Origin: Cladosporium halotolerans
Taxonomy: Eukaryota
Length of the DNA stretch: 57,770 nucleotides
NCBI RefSeq assembly: GCF_011745625.1
Contig: NW_027191476.1
Span: 310,001-367,770, forward strand
Direction: 5' to 3'
In this document: positions 48,816 through 57,770 of the stretch, one piece after another
How positions within the stretch are numbered: the first letter of the stretch is position 1
Layout: each line of letters opens with the position of its first letter
Made by a program: the position numbers and the translations under genes
The notes under the pieces: model-generated
The model's database searches: none
What the model saw: the letters and a program-made list of their open reading frames with translations, nothing else
Told to the model about the DNA's origin: nothing

Positions 48816-49652
48816 GAGACGAAGGTGTTGAAGAACAAAATGCTGACCCTGTATCATTCCTGGACTTCCGTGGGAGGGCTGTGGTTGTCATACAAGTACT
48901 TTGTACATGTCCATTCTCAAGACATGCTTCATTGACGCTGCTTATACATGATCGTAACATGCAGTCACTCCGGTAATGGGCGCCTGGAGGGAATGTCATG
49001 GGTCTCCTGGGCTTGAACATCTGGTGATTCTGAAGTTACTCCGGGTTTGCGGCCAGGTGCAATCAATGCGTATTGGCGGGAGACGGCGTAGTAACAGACT
49101 GAATCGCGCTTCTGAGATATCCGACAATCGCTTTGTTGTTCCGTCAGGCCGTCTCCTCGTCCTCAGTCGCATCTGCACGTTTCTCGTAGCCCGATTCAGG
49201 GTTGCCTGCCTCGTAACAAACGAAGCATTGCCGAGTCAAAGAACTACTTTGACGTCTGGCGGCTTTGCTTTCTTCAGGAGTATACAACATTCCATATCGT
49301 TGGGAATGACGGGGTGCGACGTATAAGGCAAGTAGAAAACACACCAAGACATCAGTTCTACCAGATCAAGCGAAATGTTACTGTCTAGTCTGTTCTTCCC
49401 AGGCATATAGGCATGCCCGAGCAGATTCGGGATTTTGGTTCTGTCAAGTAGGAGCTCCGATCATTTGAAACGCCTGGTAGAGCGCCGAACCAAACAATGC
49501 AGTGAGACCTAGCAGAACATAGCATCAAGGAGTCACGGCTCGTTGCTCATTACAAGCTGCGGCTTGTCATATTCAATCCCTCTCGCAGATGGATTGTGAC
49601 ACCAAGCTGCCACACCTGCGATACCGCGCTGATAACGAATCGCTAAGCCGCT

Positions 49653-49662
49653 CCGATGACGG
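49653..49662. promoter_or_regulatory. Candidate Leu3/LeuB site CCG-N4-CGG
   Basis: CCGATGACGG ~510 nt upstream of the branched-chain aminotransferase. Confidence 0.4.
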
Positions 49663-49911
49663 GCCTGGCGATACGCGAGCCTCGGCTTAAAAGCTAAACC
49701 GAACAGCATTGGGGCGGGAGCTTGCAGGGCCTTGCCACACGCCCACTGCGACGCCGCAAAAAATTCTCGATAAACAAAGACAGACGCGCGCCCTACGGTT
49801 CTGCGTCAACGCCCACCCATTCGCGGGCTGCTTGCCGCGCCTTGGCGGAAGTTTGCGGTAGGGCGGAATGTCTGTCAGAGCCACGCGAGTCGATGTGGAT
49901 GGCATTGGGGT

Positions 49912-49918
49912 TGAGTCA
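49912..49918. promoter_or_regulatory. Gcn4/CpcA consensus site (TGAGTCA = TGACTCA reverse complement)
   Basis: Perfect heptamer ~255 nt upstream of an amino-acid metabolic gene, before a TTTATAG element. Confidence 0.55.
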
Positions 49919-50173
49919 TTGGGGCATGGTAGGTGCCGGGTTTCCCGCCATTGCGATGCTATTTTATAGGCCGTTGTCACTTCACTCCACCTTCTCTGCC
50001 TGTCTTTCGTTGTACCTGCACTCTCATCTCGTTTGCACATTTCGATTGGAAGGGTCGTGCCTCAATCGATTGTCCGTACTGCCGTCTCATTGATTGCCAG
50101 CTGTTTGCTGCTGAACCCTCGGTTATATCTACTGGCTCCAAGAGAATCACCACCTCATTCCGGATCCCTCACA

Positions 50174-51505
50174 ATGGCTCCCTCTGCCATCACCCCCGAG
50201 TCTTCGGGCACCACCACTCCCACAACTGCCCAGGCCTCCACCCTCACCCAGGCCGGCATTAAGCACCACAATGGCGACGGCGACGCCCTGGCCCCTCTGG
50301 ACGCCTCCAAAATGACCATCACCCTCAGCACATCCCCCCGCGACGTCCCTCCCATGAACAGCCCCGAAGTCATGGCCCAGAAGACCTGCACCGACCACAT
50401 GGTCACCGCCGCCTGGAACGAGACCACCGGCTGGGCGGCGCCCGAACTCAAGCCCTACGGCCCCTTCTCCATCATGCCCTCCGCCTCCGTCCTGCACTAC
50501 GCCACCGAGTGCTTCGAGGGCCTCAAGCTCTACCGCGGCCATGACGACCGCCTGCGCCTTTTCCGCGTCAACAAGAACTGCGAGCGCATGCGCCGCTCCT
50601 GCGCCCGCATCGCCCTGCCCGACTTCGACGCGAAGGAGCTCGAGAAAATGATCATCGCGCTCTGCGCCCGCGACGGCCCCAAGTGGCTGCCCTCCGACCG
50701 CAAGGGCTCCTTCCTCTACATCCGCCCGACCATGATCTCGACCGACCCAGCGCTCGGCGTCCAGCGCCCCAAGGAGGCCCTGCTGTACGTCATCATCGCC
50801 CTGTTCCCCGACATGAGCAAATCGCTCGCCACTCCCGCCGCGCCCCCGGCCCTCGCCGGCGACGCGCAGCCCAAGAAGGCCACGACGGGGCTCAAGCTCC
50901 TGGCCTCGACCGAGGACACGATCCGCGCGTGGCCCGGCGGCTTCGGCTACGCGAAGCTGGGCGCAAACTACGGCCCCTCGCTCGTGGCGCAGGGTGAGGC
51001 GCGCGCGCGCGGCTTCGACCAGGTGCTGTGGCTGTTCGGGCCGGAGGCGAGCGTGACGGAGGCCGGCGCGTCGAACTTCTTCGTCGTGTGGCGGAACAAG
51101 GAAACGGGCAAGACGGAGCTGGTGACGGCGCCGCTGCAGGAGCGCATTATCCTGGAGGGCGTGACGCGCGCGTCGATCCTGGAGCTGGCGCGCGAGCGCC
51201 TTGCGCCGGGCAAGGCGGCCGGTGCGCTGGAGGGTGTTGAAGTCGTGGAGCGCAAGTTCACGATGGCGGATGTGCTAGCTGCGCATGAGGAGGGGAGACT
51301 GGTGGAGGCGTTTGCGGCGGGTACGGCGTTCTTCGTGGCGCCCGTTGGGTTGATTCACTACAAGGGACAGGACGTTGAGATCCCGATGGGCGCCGAGGGC
51401 GAGAGTGGGGATTACGCGAAGGTGCTGAAGGGGTGGCTGGGCGGAATTATGTATGGCAAGGAGGCGCATGAGTGGGGCGTCGTTGTTGATGAGGTTAAGG
51501 CTTAA
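50174..51505 (+). CDS. Branched-chain amino acid aminotransferase (PLP class IV)
   Basis: TDHM, SVLHYATECFEGLK, LYIRPT, RAWPGGFGYAKLGANY (PLP Lys), TEAGASNFF, ILEGVTR, EAFAAGTA. Confidence 0.96.
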   Translation: MAPSAITPESSGTTTPTTAQASTLTQAGIKHHNGDGDALAPLDASKMTITLSTSPRDVPPMNSPEVMAQKTCTDHMVTAAWNETTGWAAPELKPYGPFSIMPSASVLHYATECFEGLKLYRGHDDRLRLFRVNKNCERMRRSCARIALPDFDAKELEKMIIALCARDGPKWLPSDRKGSFLYIRPTMISTDPALGVQRPKEALLYVIIALFPDMSKSLATPAAPPALAGDAQPKKATTGLKLLASTEDTIRAWPGGFGYAKLGANYGPSLVAQGEARARGFDQVLWLFGPEASVTEAGASNFFVVWRNKETGKTELVTAPLQERIILEGVTRASILELARERLAPGKAAGALEGVEVVERKFTMADVLAAHEEGRLVEAFAAGTAFFVAPVGLIHYKGQDVEIPMGAEGESGDYAKVLKGWLGGIMYGKEAHEWGVVVDEVKA

Positions 51506-51796
51506 ATGACGCTGGGAGCGGAGTCCAACTGATAGATACCATGGTTTTGCATAGCGACGAATTGGAATGTTTTATGAATCCACATGTTCTGCTCCTTGAT
51601 TTCACTTTCCGCGTTTCCGACAATGCTGTGGTGGTCAATTCTTCGTTTGGTCATTTACGAAGTTTCTGGATATAGGACGGTCAGGAAGTCGAGCGAGTCA
51701 GATGTGTAAGCGATCATGCTCTTATCGACCAATACCTTGATTTCAACAATATCGCATTACACATGCGTATTCTACAATATCCCATCCGACGAAATC

Positions 51797-54064
51797 CTAC
51801 ACGAAATCGAAGGTATCTCCCGCCCCACCCAGCATACTCCTAACCCTATCAGTACCGACCACACGCTCCGCCCTCATGCCGTCCCATCTGCTGAAGAGCG
51901 CCCTGGCAGTCGCCTCCTCAGGCACAACCTTTCCCTCACCAATCGCAGTTCCCAAGTAACCACCGACGATCTCGCGGTAGAAGATCTCATTGTCGGGCAA
52001 GCCATAGAGCACGACGCGCTTGACGCCCCTGATCTTCAAACGGTAGAAGTGGTGCGCACGCTGTGTGTATAGCAGGAACGAGTGGCGGCCGGACATGAAG
52101 TGCGAGCGCGCGCGGCGCTGCTCCGGCACCTCGGTGTAGTCGTGGATGGCGCCGAATGAGATGTTGGCCGTCAGGTCGGAGGTGGCGAAGAAGTTGCGCA
52201 CGCGCAGGAAGTCGAAGTACGAGGGAATGAAGACTAGGATGCCCTGGGCGCCGTCGGCGGGCTTGGGCAGGCGCATGAGAGCCGGCAGGACCGCGGTCGT
52301 GAAGTATTTAAAGCGCGCGTCGGGATCGGCGGCGGGCGTGGGTGCGTTGAAGCGCGAGAAGGTTTGCTTCATGCCGAGGCCTGTGACGGAGGTGATTGCG
52401 CCGTCGTAGTGCGAGGTGAGCTTGGCTTTGCCGGCGATGTTGACGAGGTCGCTGTTGAACATGCGGTTGATCTCCGGCGTCATGTGGCCTGAGAAGATCA
52501 TGGTCTGGCGGAAGTGTCTTGCGTTGCCGTCGAGGTACCAGCTGCGAACACGGTTCACGTCGCATCCGTGGAGGTCCTTGGGCTGCAGGTTCAGATGCTT
52601 GAAGACCAATTCGACGTTTTCCCAGTTTTGCATCTGCATCGCGTCGGCTTGGTCCACGATCACCATCTCGATAGAAGACAGGAAGTCGTGATCCCTCTTT
52701 CGCCGATCTTCATGCTCAATGATCCGCCGCAGGCCAAGAGGGGATGCAAGGATGATGTCGCTGGTGTAGAACGCTGAGAAGAACTTGAGCGTCTTGCGCG
52801 TGAATTTGAGTGCTGTTAGGAAATTGTTGTCGTTATTTCCTGAGAACAGCTCGCGGTAATCCTCAGGCATGGTGTCTGCATCGTCTATAACTTCGGTAAA
52901 AGAGTCTTTGAAACGCTGCTTGTTCTCTTGCTGCTCTGGCGCGAACAGATCAACGATAGCGTCCGCATACCGGGCGCACATTTGACGCGTCTCGAGGAGA
53001 ATTAGAACCTTTGGTCTGGTGAAACCTTGGTCTCGGAGCTCAAGCGCTTCGCCATCTTCCGTGTGAGTGATGCGAGTCGTGTTCTTCAAAATCTTGTCCC
53101 TGCCCTTAAGAACATGGTTCAGCGCATGCATACATGCGAGGCTTCTTAGACTTCCAGCATTCGATGGTGATCGATTTGCCACAAGCAGGTCGGTGTAGTT
53201 GAGCATATATGGCGCGACCGTCCTTTGAATATCGTCAAAGTCTCCAATCTGGCTCTTCGCTGTTTCCACGAGTTTCTGTTTGAGAGTGATGTCTGTTGTG
53301 CTAGCGACGTTTGATTTCCGAGTTGCGCTTTCGGGCGCCGATTTGGGAGCCGTCACTGTCAAGCTAGCTTTCTGGTAAGCCTTCTGCTTTTCGGTGCGCC
53401 ATTCTCCGTCCTGGGTCTCTTTCAGACGTCTCGTAAGTTCGTTGTCGTCTGAGTTCGCAAAATGAGCTTCGAAAGGATCCGACGCATCGTCTTCGTCGTC
53501 GTTCTGAAGCGTTTCCGATGACCCGTCTGCATCATCTTTGTCGAACTCTGCCTCGTCCTCATCCTCCTCATTACCATCAATCCCCTCATCCACTTCCAAC
53601 CCAGGCTCTGCATCTGATCCATCATCGCTGCCTTCCATGTCCTGCGGAGCTTCTGCAGCAGTCTCCCTCACATCAACCTTGCGTCTCTTCCTAGCCCTGC
53701 CTTCCTCATCTTCAGGTCGCTTCAGCGACGCCAAAAGTGCACCGTAAGCCCTACCAGCCGGCACAACTTCTTCCTCCTCTTCGCCTTCACTAGACTGATC
53801 GCTCTCCTCGTCCGATTCCTCTTCCATAGGCGGCGCTTCATTATCGCTATCGTCGGACTCGACTTCTTTTACTCTCTGGCTGTCGAACTTTCGGTAGTGT
53901 CCTCCTCGTGTTCTAATTCCACTTCTTGCGTCCTTGCCGCCGCGGTCGGCTCCTCCACCTCGGCCTCCTCGACCACCTCCTCTACCTCCTCTGAAACCAC
54001 CACGAGGGCCGCCTCTGCTTCCTCCGCCACCGCCTCGTCCTCCTCTGCCTCTGAAGGGTGCCAT
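51797..54064 (-). CDS. UTP25: U3 snoRNA-associated protein 25 (DEF/DUF1253)
   Basis: RGG-rich N-terminus, acidic linker, [57 protein letters not shown]. Confidence 0.96.
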   Translation of the reverse strand: MAPFRGRGGRGGGGGSRGGPRGGFRGGRGGGRGGRGGGADRGGKDARSGIRTRGGHYRKFDSQRVKEVESDDSDNEAPPMEEESDEESDQSSEGEEEEEVVPAGRAYGALLASLKRPEDEEGRARKRRKVDVRETAAEAPQDMEGSDDGSDAEPGLEVDEGIDGNEEDEDEAEFDKDDADGSSETLQNDDEDDASDPFEAHFANSDDNELTRRLKETQDGEWRTEKQKAYQKASLTVTAPKSAPESATRKSNVASTTDITLKQKLVETAKSQIGDFDDIQRTVAPYMLNYTDLLVANRSPSNAGSLRSLACMHALNHVLKGRDKILKNTTRITHTEDGEALELRDQGFTRPKVLILLETRQMCARYADAIVDLFAPEQQENKQRFKDSFTEVIDDADTMPEDYRELFSGNNDNNFLTALKFTRKTLKFFSAFYTSDIILASPLGLRRIIEHEDRRKRDHDFLSSIEMVIVDQADAMQMQNWENVELVFKHLNLQPKDLHGCDVNRVRSWYLDGNARHFRQTMIFSGHMTPEINRMFNSDLVNIAGKAKLTSHYDGAITSVTGLGMKQTFSRFNAPTPAADPDARFKYFTTAVLPALMRLPKPADGAQGILVFIPSYFDFLRVRNFFATSDLTANISFGAIHDYTEVPEQRRARSHFMSGRHSFLLYTQRAHHFYRLKIRGVKRVVLYGLPDNEIFYREIVGGYLGTAIGEGKVVPEEATARALFSRWDGMRAERVVGTDRVRSMLGGAGDTFDFV

Positions 54065-54149
54065 TGTGCGAAGTTGTTGAGTTGTTCTCGCACCTCTCAG
54101 CCGCTACAAAAAGTTCATCAATCGCCGACTTTAGAGCATTTAAGGTTAT

Positions 54150-54157
54150 CTTATCGC
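54150..54157 (-). promoter_or_regulatory. PAC-like GCGATAAG element in the UTP25/eIF3f bidirectional promoter
   Basis: CTTATCGC on the + strand, ~90 nt upstream of the UTP25 ATG; resembles the ribosome-biogenesis PAC motif. Confidence 0.4.
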
Positions 54158-54333
54158 GCGCTGCATCTCGCCACACCTTCCGCCGTCGCAAAGCGAGAGA
54201 AATTCAACTCCCAGCGCCCGCCAAGACGTTTGAGCGAGCGACAGACAACAGCCCTGCCCCTCGCCGCCGTCGATATATCGCCCGGAGCGCTCCGATACTG
54301 GACAGACGGTCATACGGACAACACCTCGCGAAG

Positions 54334-55353
54334 ATGGGCTCCTCCTCTTACCTCCACCTGGCCCGGCCCTTGGCTCCGGCCCAGATCTCTGCTTCCACCT
54401 CCACCACTGCGCCCTGCTCAGTCACCATCCAGCCCCAGGCCCTCTTCAGCATTCTCGACCACGCTTCAAGGAGACCCGCAGACCAGGAGCGCGTGATTGG
54501 TACCCTTCTTGGTACCCGTTCGGAGGATGGAACCGAGGTTGAGATCAAGAATTGCTACGCGGTGCCCCACACCGAGACCGCGGAGCAGGTTGAGGTCGAC
54601 ATGGACTACCAGAAGAGCATGCTGCAGCTGCACGCGCGCGCTGCACCCAAGGAGGTCCTTGTCGGCTGGTACGCCACCAGCGACGAGCTCAACACTTTCT
54701 CCGCCCTGATCCAGAACTTCTACTCGCAACAGGGCGAGGGCACCTGGCCCCACCCCGCCGTCCATCTTACCGTCTCGACTATCGCTGGCCAGGACATTGC
54801 TGCGAACACCTACATCAGCGCTCCCATCGGCGTGACCCCTGAGCGCGCTGCGGATAGCTGCCTGTTCATCCCTGTCCCGAACGAGATCAAGTACGGTGAT
54901 GCTGAGAAGAGCGGTCTTGAGCTCATCGCTGGCGCGCGCGACCGTGAGGACCGTGGACAGTTGCTGCAGACGGATATTGAAACCCTGGAGCGTTCCATCG
55001 AGCAGGTTCTTGAGATGCTGGAGCGTGTGTCCAACTATGTCTCTAACGTGCTGGACGAGGAGGCCGAGCCCTCATCTGCTCTTGGCCAGTTCCTCATGAA
55101 CACCCTTGCCCTCGCACCCAAGGTCGAGCCCGAGCAAGTCGAGCGCGACTTCAACAACCACATCCAGGACGTCCTGCTCGTCTCATATCTCGCAAACACC
55201 ATCAGGACACAGATCGACCTGTCGAACCGCCTTGCTACGGCGGCTCTTACTATGGGCGGTGAAGGCAAGGAGGGCGGCGAGCAGAAGGGTGGTGACAGGA
55301 AGAGAGAGCAGCGTTCAGGAGCTGGCCAGAGAGGTCAGCGGGCTGAGCAGTAA
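54334..55353 (+). CDS. EIF3F: Translation initiation factor 3 subunit F (MPN domain)
   Basis: [63 protein letters not shown]. Confidence 0.95.
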   Translation: MGSSSYLHLARPLAPAQISASTSTTAPCSVTIQPQALFSILDHASRRPADQERVIGTLLGTRSEDGTEVEIKNCYAVPHTETAEQVEVDMDYQKSMLQLHARAAPKEVLVGWYATSDELNTFSALIQNFYSQQGEGTWPHPAVHLTVSTIAGQDIAANTYISAPIGVTPERAADSCLFIPVPNEIKYGDAEKSGLELIAGARDREDRGQLLQTDIETLERSIEQVLEMLERVSNYVSNVLDEEAEPSSALGQFLMNTLALAPKVEPEQVERDFNNHIQDVLLVSYLANTIRTQIDLSNRLATAALTMGGEGKEGGEQKGGDRKREQRSGAGQRGQRAEQ

Positions 55354-55877
55354 ATTACGCGCCACGACAGCGTGAGGCGGCAAAGGCAAGGAGTCTGGTA
55401 AACCTTGCAGTGCTGTTCACGCGCACGAGATTCGGGAGTCACGTTCACGTTACGAACTTCCCGACCAGAGTTTTTCATAAACTACAAGCTTTAGTGTTAG
55501 AATAAGGGGAACAAAAGCTAGCATTAGCGGGAGTACTGCGTATGGAAATGGCGCCCAGTAGGGGGTGCACGAATTATTTCAAAAGAAAAGTTAAAAAGAA
55601 CCATTTGCTTTTTCCATTTGTCTCTGGGTATCGTGTGTTATGAATGAACGCCGTAACGCCATCGCTAATAAGTCAAACAATCCTCGACAGCGACCAACGA
55701 GTCGGGGGGTGGTCTTCGCTTTCGTGAGGCCTGAGCCGGACGCTCTGTGAGAATCGGCGGCCTTCGCGAGCCGGATTCGGACATCCAGCTCCCGTTCACG
55801 CAGACCAGGTGCATCAGCAAGTCGACAGTGCCTTGTCCGTAGGCTTGCCGCAACGTGAGATCGAACCGTCTCCATCC

Positions 55878-56405
55878 CTAACCCGACTTTCTCCTCTTGG
55901 CCTCCCTCCCCTCCCCATCCTCCGCCTTCTTCTTCCTTCCCCTCTTCGTCTTCTTCGCACCCCCAGCCTCCGTCTCCTCGTCCAACTGCCCCGCAGCCAT
56001 CACCTTGATATCCTCATTCGTATCCACCATTTTGCGATCCTCCTTCAGCTTCCGCTCTCTCCACAGCTGCTCCTGCACGCGGCCGAGCAGGACCTCGTCC
56101 CGCCGCAGCACAAATTTGAAGTCGTCGGCTTTGATTTTCTGGCGGCGCGAGTACGATGCGCTCAGCGCTGCGTAGTGGCAGGTTTCGATGATGAAGTCCG
56201 TCAGGATCTCGTCGAGGGCGGTGATTGTGGAAGGGAGAGGTGGAGGGTGGTCGCCGAAGGCTACGAGGAGGGAGCCGACTGGGTTTTGGGTTAGATTGGG
56301 TTATGTTTGCGGGGGCGGAGTTCAGTTGGTGCTTGTTGGGGACTTACGGTCGTCGGAGCTGAAGACTTGGCCTTTTTGGCGGACACGGGCGCGTGGTTCT
56401 GCCAT
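55878..56405 (-). CDS. TAF13: TFIID subunit 13 (histone fold); exons 56405-56348, 56278-55878
   Basis: Spliced: MAEPRARVRQKGQVFSSDDL|GSLLVAFGDHPPPLPSTITALDEILTDFIIETCH...RRQKIKADDFKFVLRRD..LGRVQE; intron GTAAGT...CTAAC...CAG. Confidence 0.92.
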
Positions 56406-56664
56406 TGTCGTGGTTTGATGATTTGTGGAGTTTGCGAATGGGGAGTTGGTCGTGCGAGGCAGCAAACAGCGACTTTGCTTTGGCTTGTGAAAGTGACGTT
56501 GGCGCGACACGAGACGCCGCGGCTGACCTTCCGCTCTCCCTGCAAGTCAACAACTTGCACTTCACATGCAGTGTCAAGGCTACGATTTCCAGACCGAGAG
56601 CATTTTGCAGACTAGAAAATCAATTTGCAAGTTCGCTGACGCACGATAGCGTTCCGGAATCAAA

Positions 56665-57055
56665 ATGGTAGCATTCCCTCAAACCACCGCAAAACATATC
56701 AGAGGCTAAGTACATTTCGCAGCTCGGCATCCTCAAGTTCCAGACCCTCCTCCTCGTCGTACTGCTGTTCATCTGCACATGCACATACCTTCACGGCGTC
56801 TTTCCGGCCTTCTTGGACAGGAATAAGCATGGGTGCGTGTAGCTTCGAAGGCGGCAGGCCGCTCTGTGAAGAAGGGACATGATCTGACGAGGGAAACAGA
56901 CCACTTGGAACATTCTGGAGAGCCGCTCGTATTGGCGAGAGATTGAGCCCTTACGTGAGCTTATGCTGTGTGGCTATGGCCGTGAGTACAACCTAGAATG
57001 TCAGTGCAAAGCGACTGCTGACGAGAGACAGTTGAGCTTGCTGGTGGGCCAGTGA
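56665..57055 (+). CDS. KSH1: Kish/TMEM167 small secretory-pathway protein; exons 56665-56667, 56723-56832, 56900-56981, 57032-57055
   Basis: Spliced: MLGILKFQTLLLVVLLFICTCTYLHGVFPAFLDRNKHGPLGTFWRAARIGERLSPYVSLCCVAMALSLLVGQ; absent from the ORF track. Confidence 0.92.
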
Positions 57056-57356
57056 TAGTATCAGGCAATAGGGGTTGAAGCAGCTTGTTCGTTTAGCGAT
57101 GGAGTTTTGGAGTTTCCATGAAGATGGATCGGTCAAAATGGGGAGGCATCATTTAATCTGCATTGCATCACGTCTTCACGAATCGAATGGACGACACATT
57201 TAACGTGCCCACTTGTTCGGCCTGAAAGCCCATGTCTGCTTTACCGGCACGATCTGATCAAAATCTCGACCAATTCTAGTATACGTCTAGCCAATTACGA
57301 TTACGACACTTCGCATTACGTCTACTCCACTTTCATTGATTGATTGATCCTCGTCC

Positions 57357-57770
57357 TCACCTCCTCATAACCTGCACACCCCCCAGAATAGCATCAACCG
57401 ACTTCTCCGCCTCCGCCTCCAACCTCCCCATATCCACCATCCCCAACGCCTTCCTCTGCGCCCTCACCACCTCCGCCTCCTCCGCCACATCCCTCATGAC
57501 CTCCCCATCCTTCGTCCAATACCCCGCCGCAACCGCCCTCATCCCGCGATCCCTCACAACCGCATTCCTCACGACCCCCAACCCCTTCGCCTTCCCCAAC
57601 ATCCCCTCCAACAACCTCACCTGCTCCCCGACCCTCTCCCCCACCTCCCGCCTCCTCACAAAACCCCTCCCAGTCCCCTGCATCCAAACCCCCCACCCAA
57701 GCACCGCATCGAACGCCGCAACCCCGACCCCCCTCCAAACCAGCATCCGCCAGAACAAAAACCCCGCCTC
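57357..57770 (-). CDS. Conserved fungal hypothetical membrane protein, 3' part (5'-truncated by window)
   Basis: Open frame with hydrophobic segment RGVGVAAFDAVLGWGVW and a helical tail (GVVRNAVVRD...YW...EVV). Confidence 0.7.
   Translation of the reverse strand, partial: EAGFLFWRMLVWRGVGVAAFDAVLGWGVWMQGTGRGFVRRREVGERVGEQVRLLEGMLGKAKGLGVVRNAVVRDRGMRAVAAGYWTKDGEVMRDVAEEAEVVRAQRKALGMVDMGRLEAEAEKSVDAILGGVQVMRR

Noticed and set aside
49929..50100. Upstream exon adding a targeting peptide to the aminotransferase via GTAGGT...CAG
   Set aside because: No upstream ATG would be in frame after splicing, and the segment contains promoter-like elements.

Overview
A gene-dense, intron-poor, GC-rich window from a filamentous ascomycete; Dothideomycete-like is my impression, not proven. 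It holds about 25 protein-coding genes and two intron-containing tRNAs (Pro-AGG, Phe-GAA). Housekeeping genes include COQ2, a JmjC/zinc-finger chromatin protein, NAT2/FAM210, TRAPPC13, IGO1, SFM1, HEM2, SEC23, a branched-chain aminotransferase, UTP25, eIF3f, TAF13 and KSH1. Several of these (IGO1, TAF13, KSH1, the M35 protease) are only recovered after splicing. Two accessory-looking blocks interrupt the core genes. The first (35.5-40.9 kb) has an FAD monooxygenase plus an M35 deuterolysin that sits head-to-head with a free-standing homolog of its own pro-domain; this candidate protease/trans-inhibitor pair is the best lead in the window. The second (45.3-48.8 kb) has a frameshifted DUF829 hydrolase head-to-head with a divergent glycerol-3-phosphate acyltransferase. 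A ~2 kb region at 17.4-19.35 kb has no credible long ORF but has hairpins and micro-ORFs, and may be an unannotated structured transcript. No transposon, rRNA or CRISPR signal was seen. Family calls come from motif recognition by eye, not database searches.
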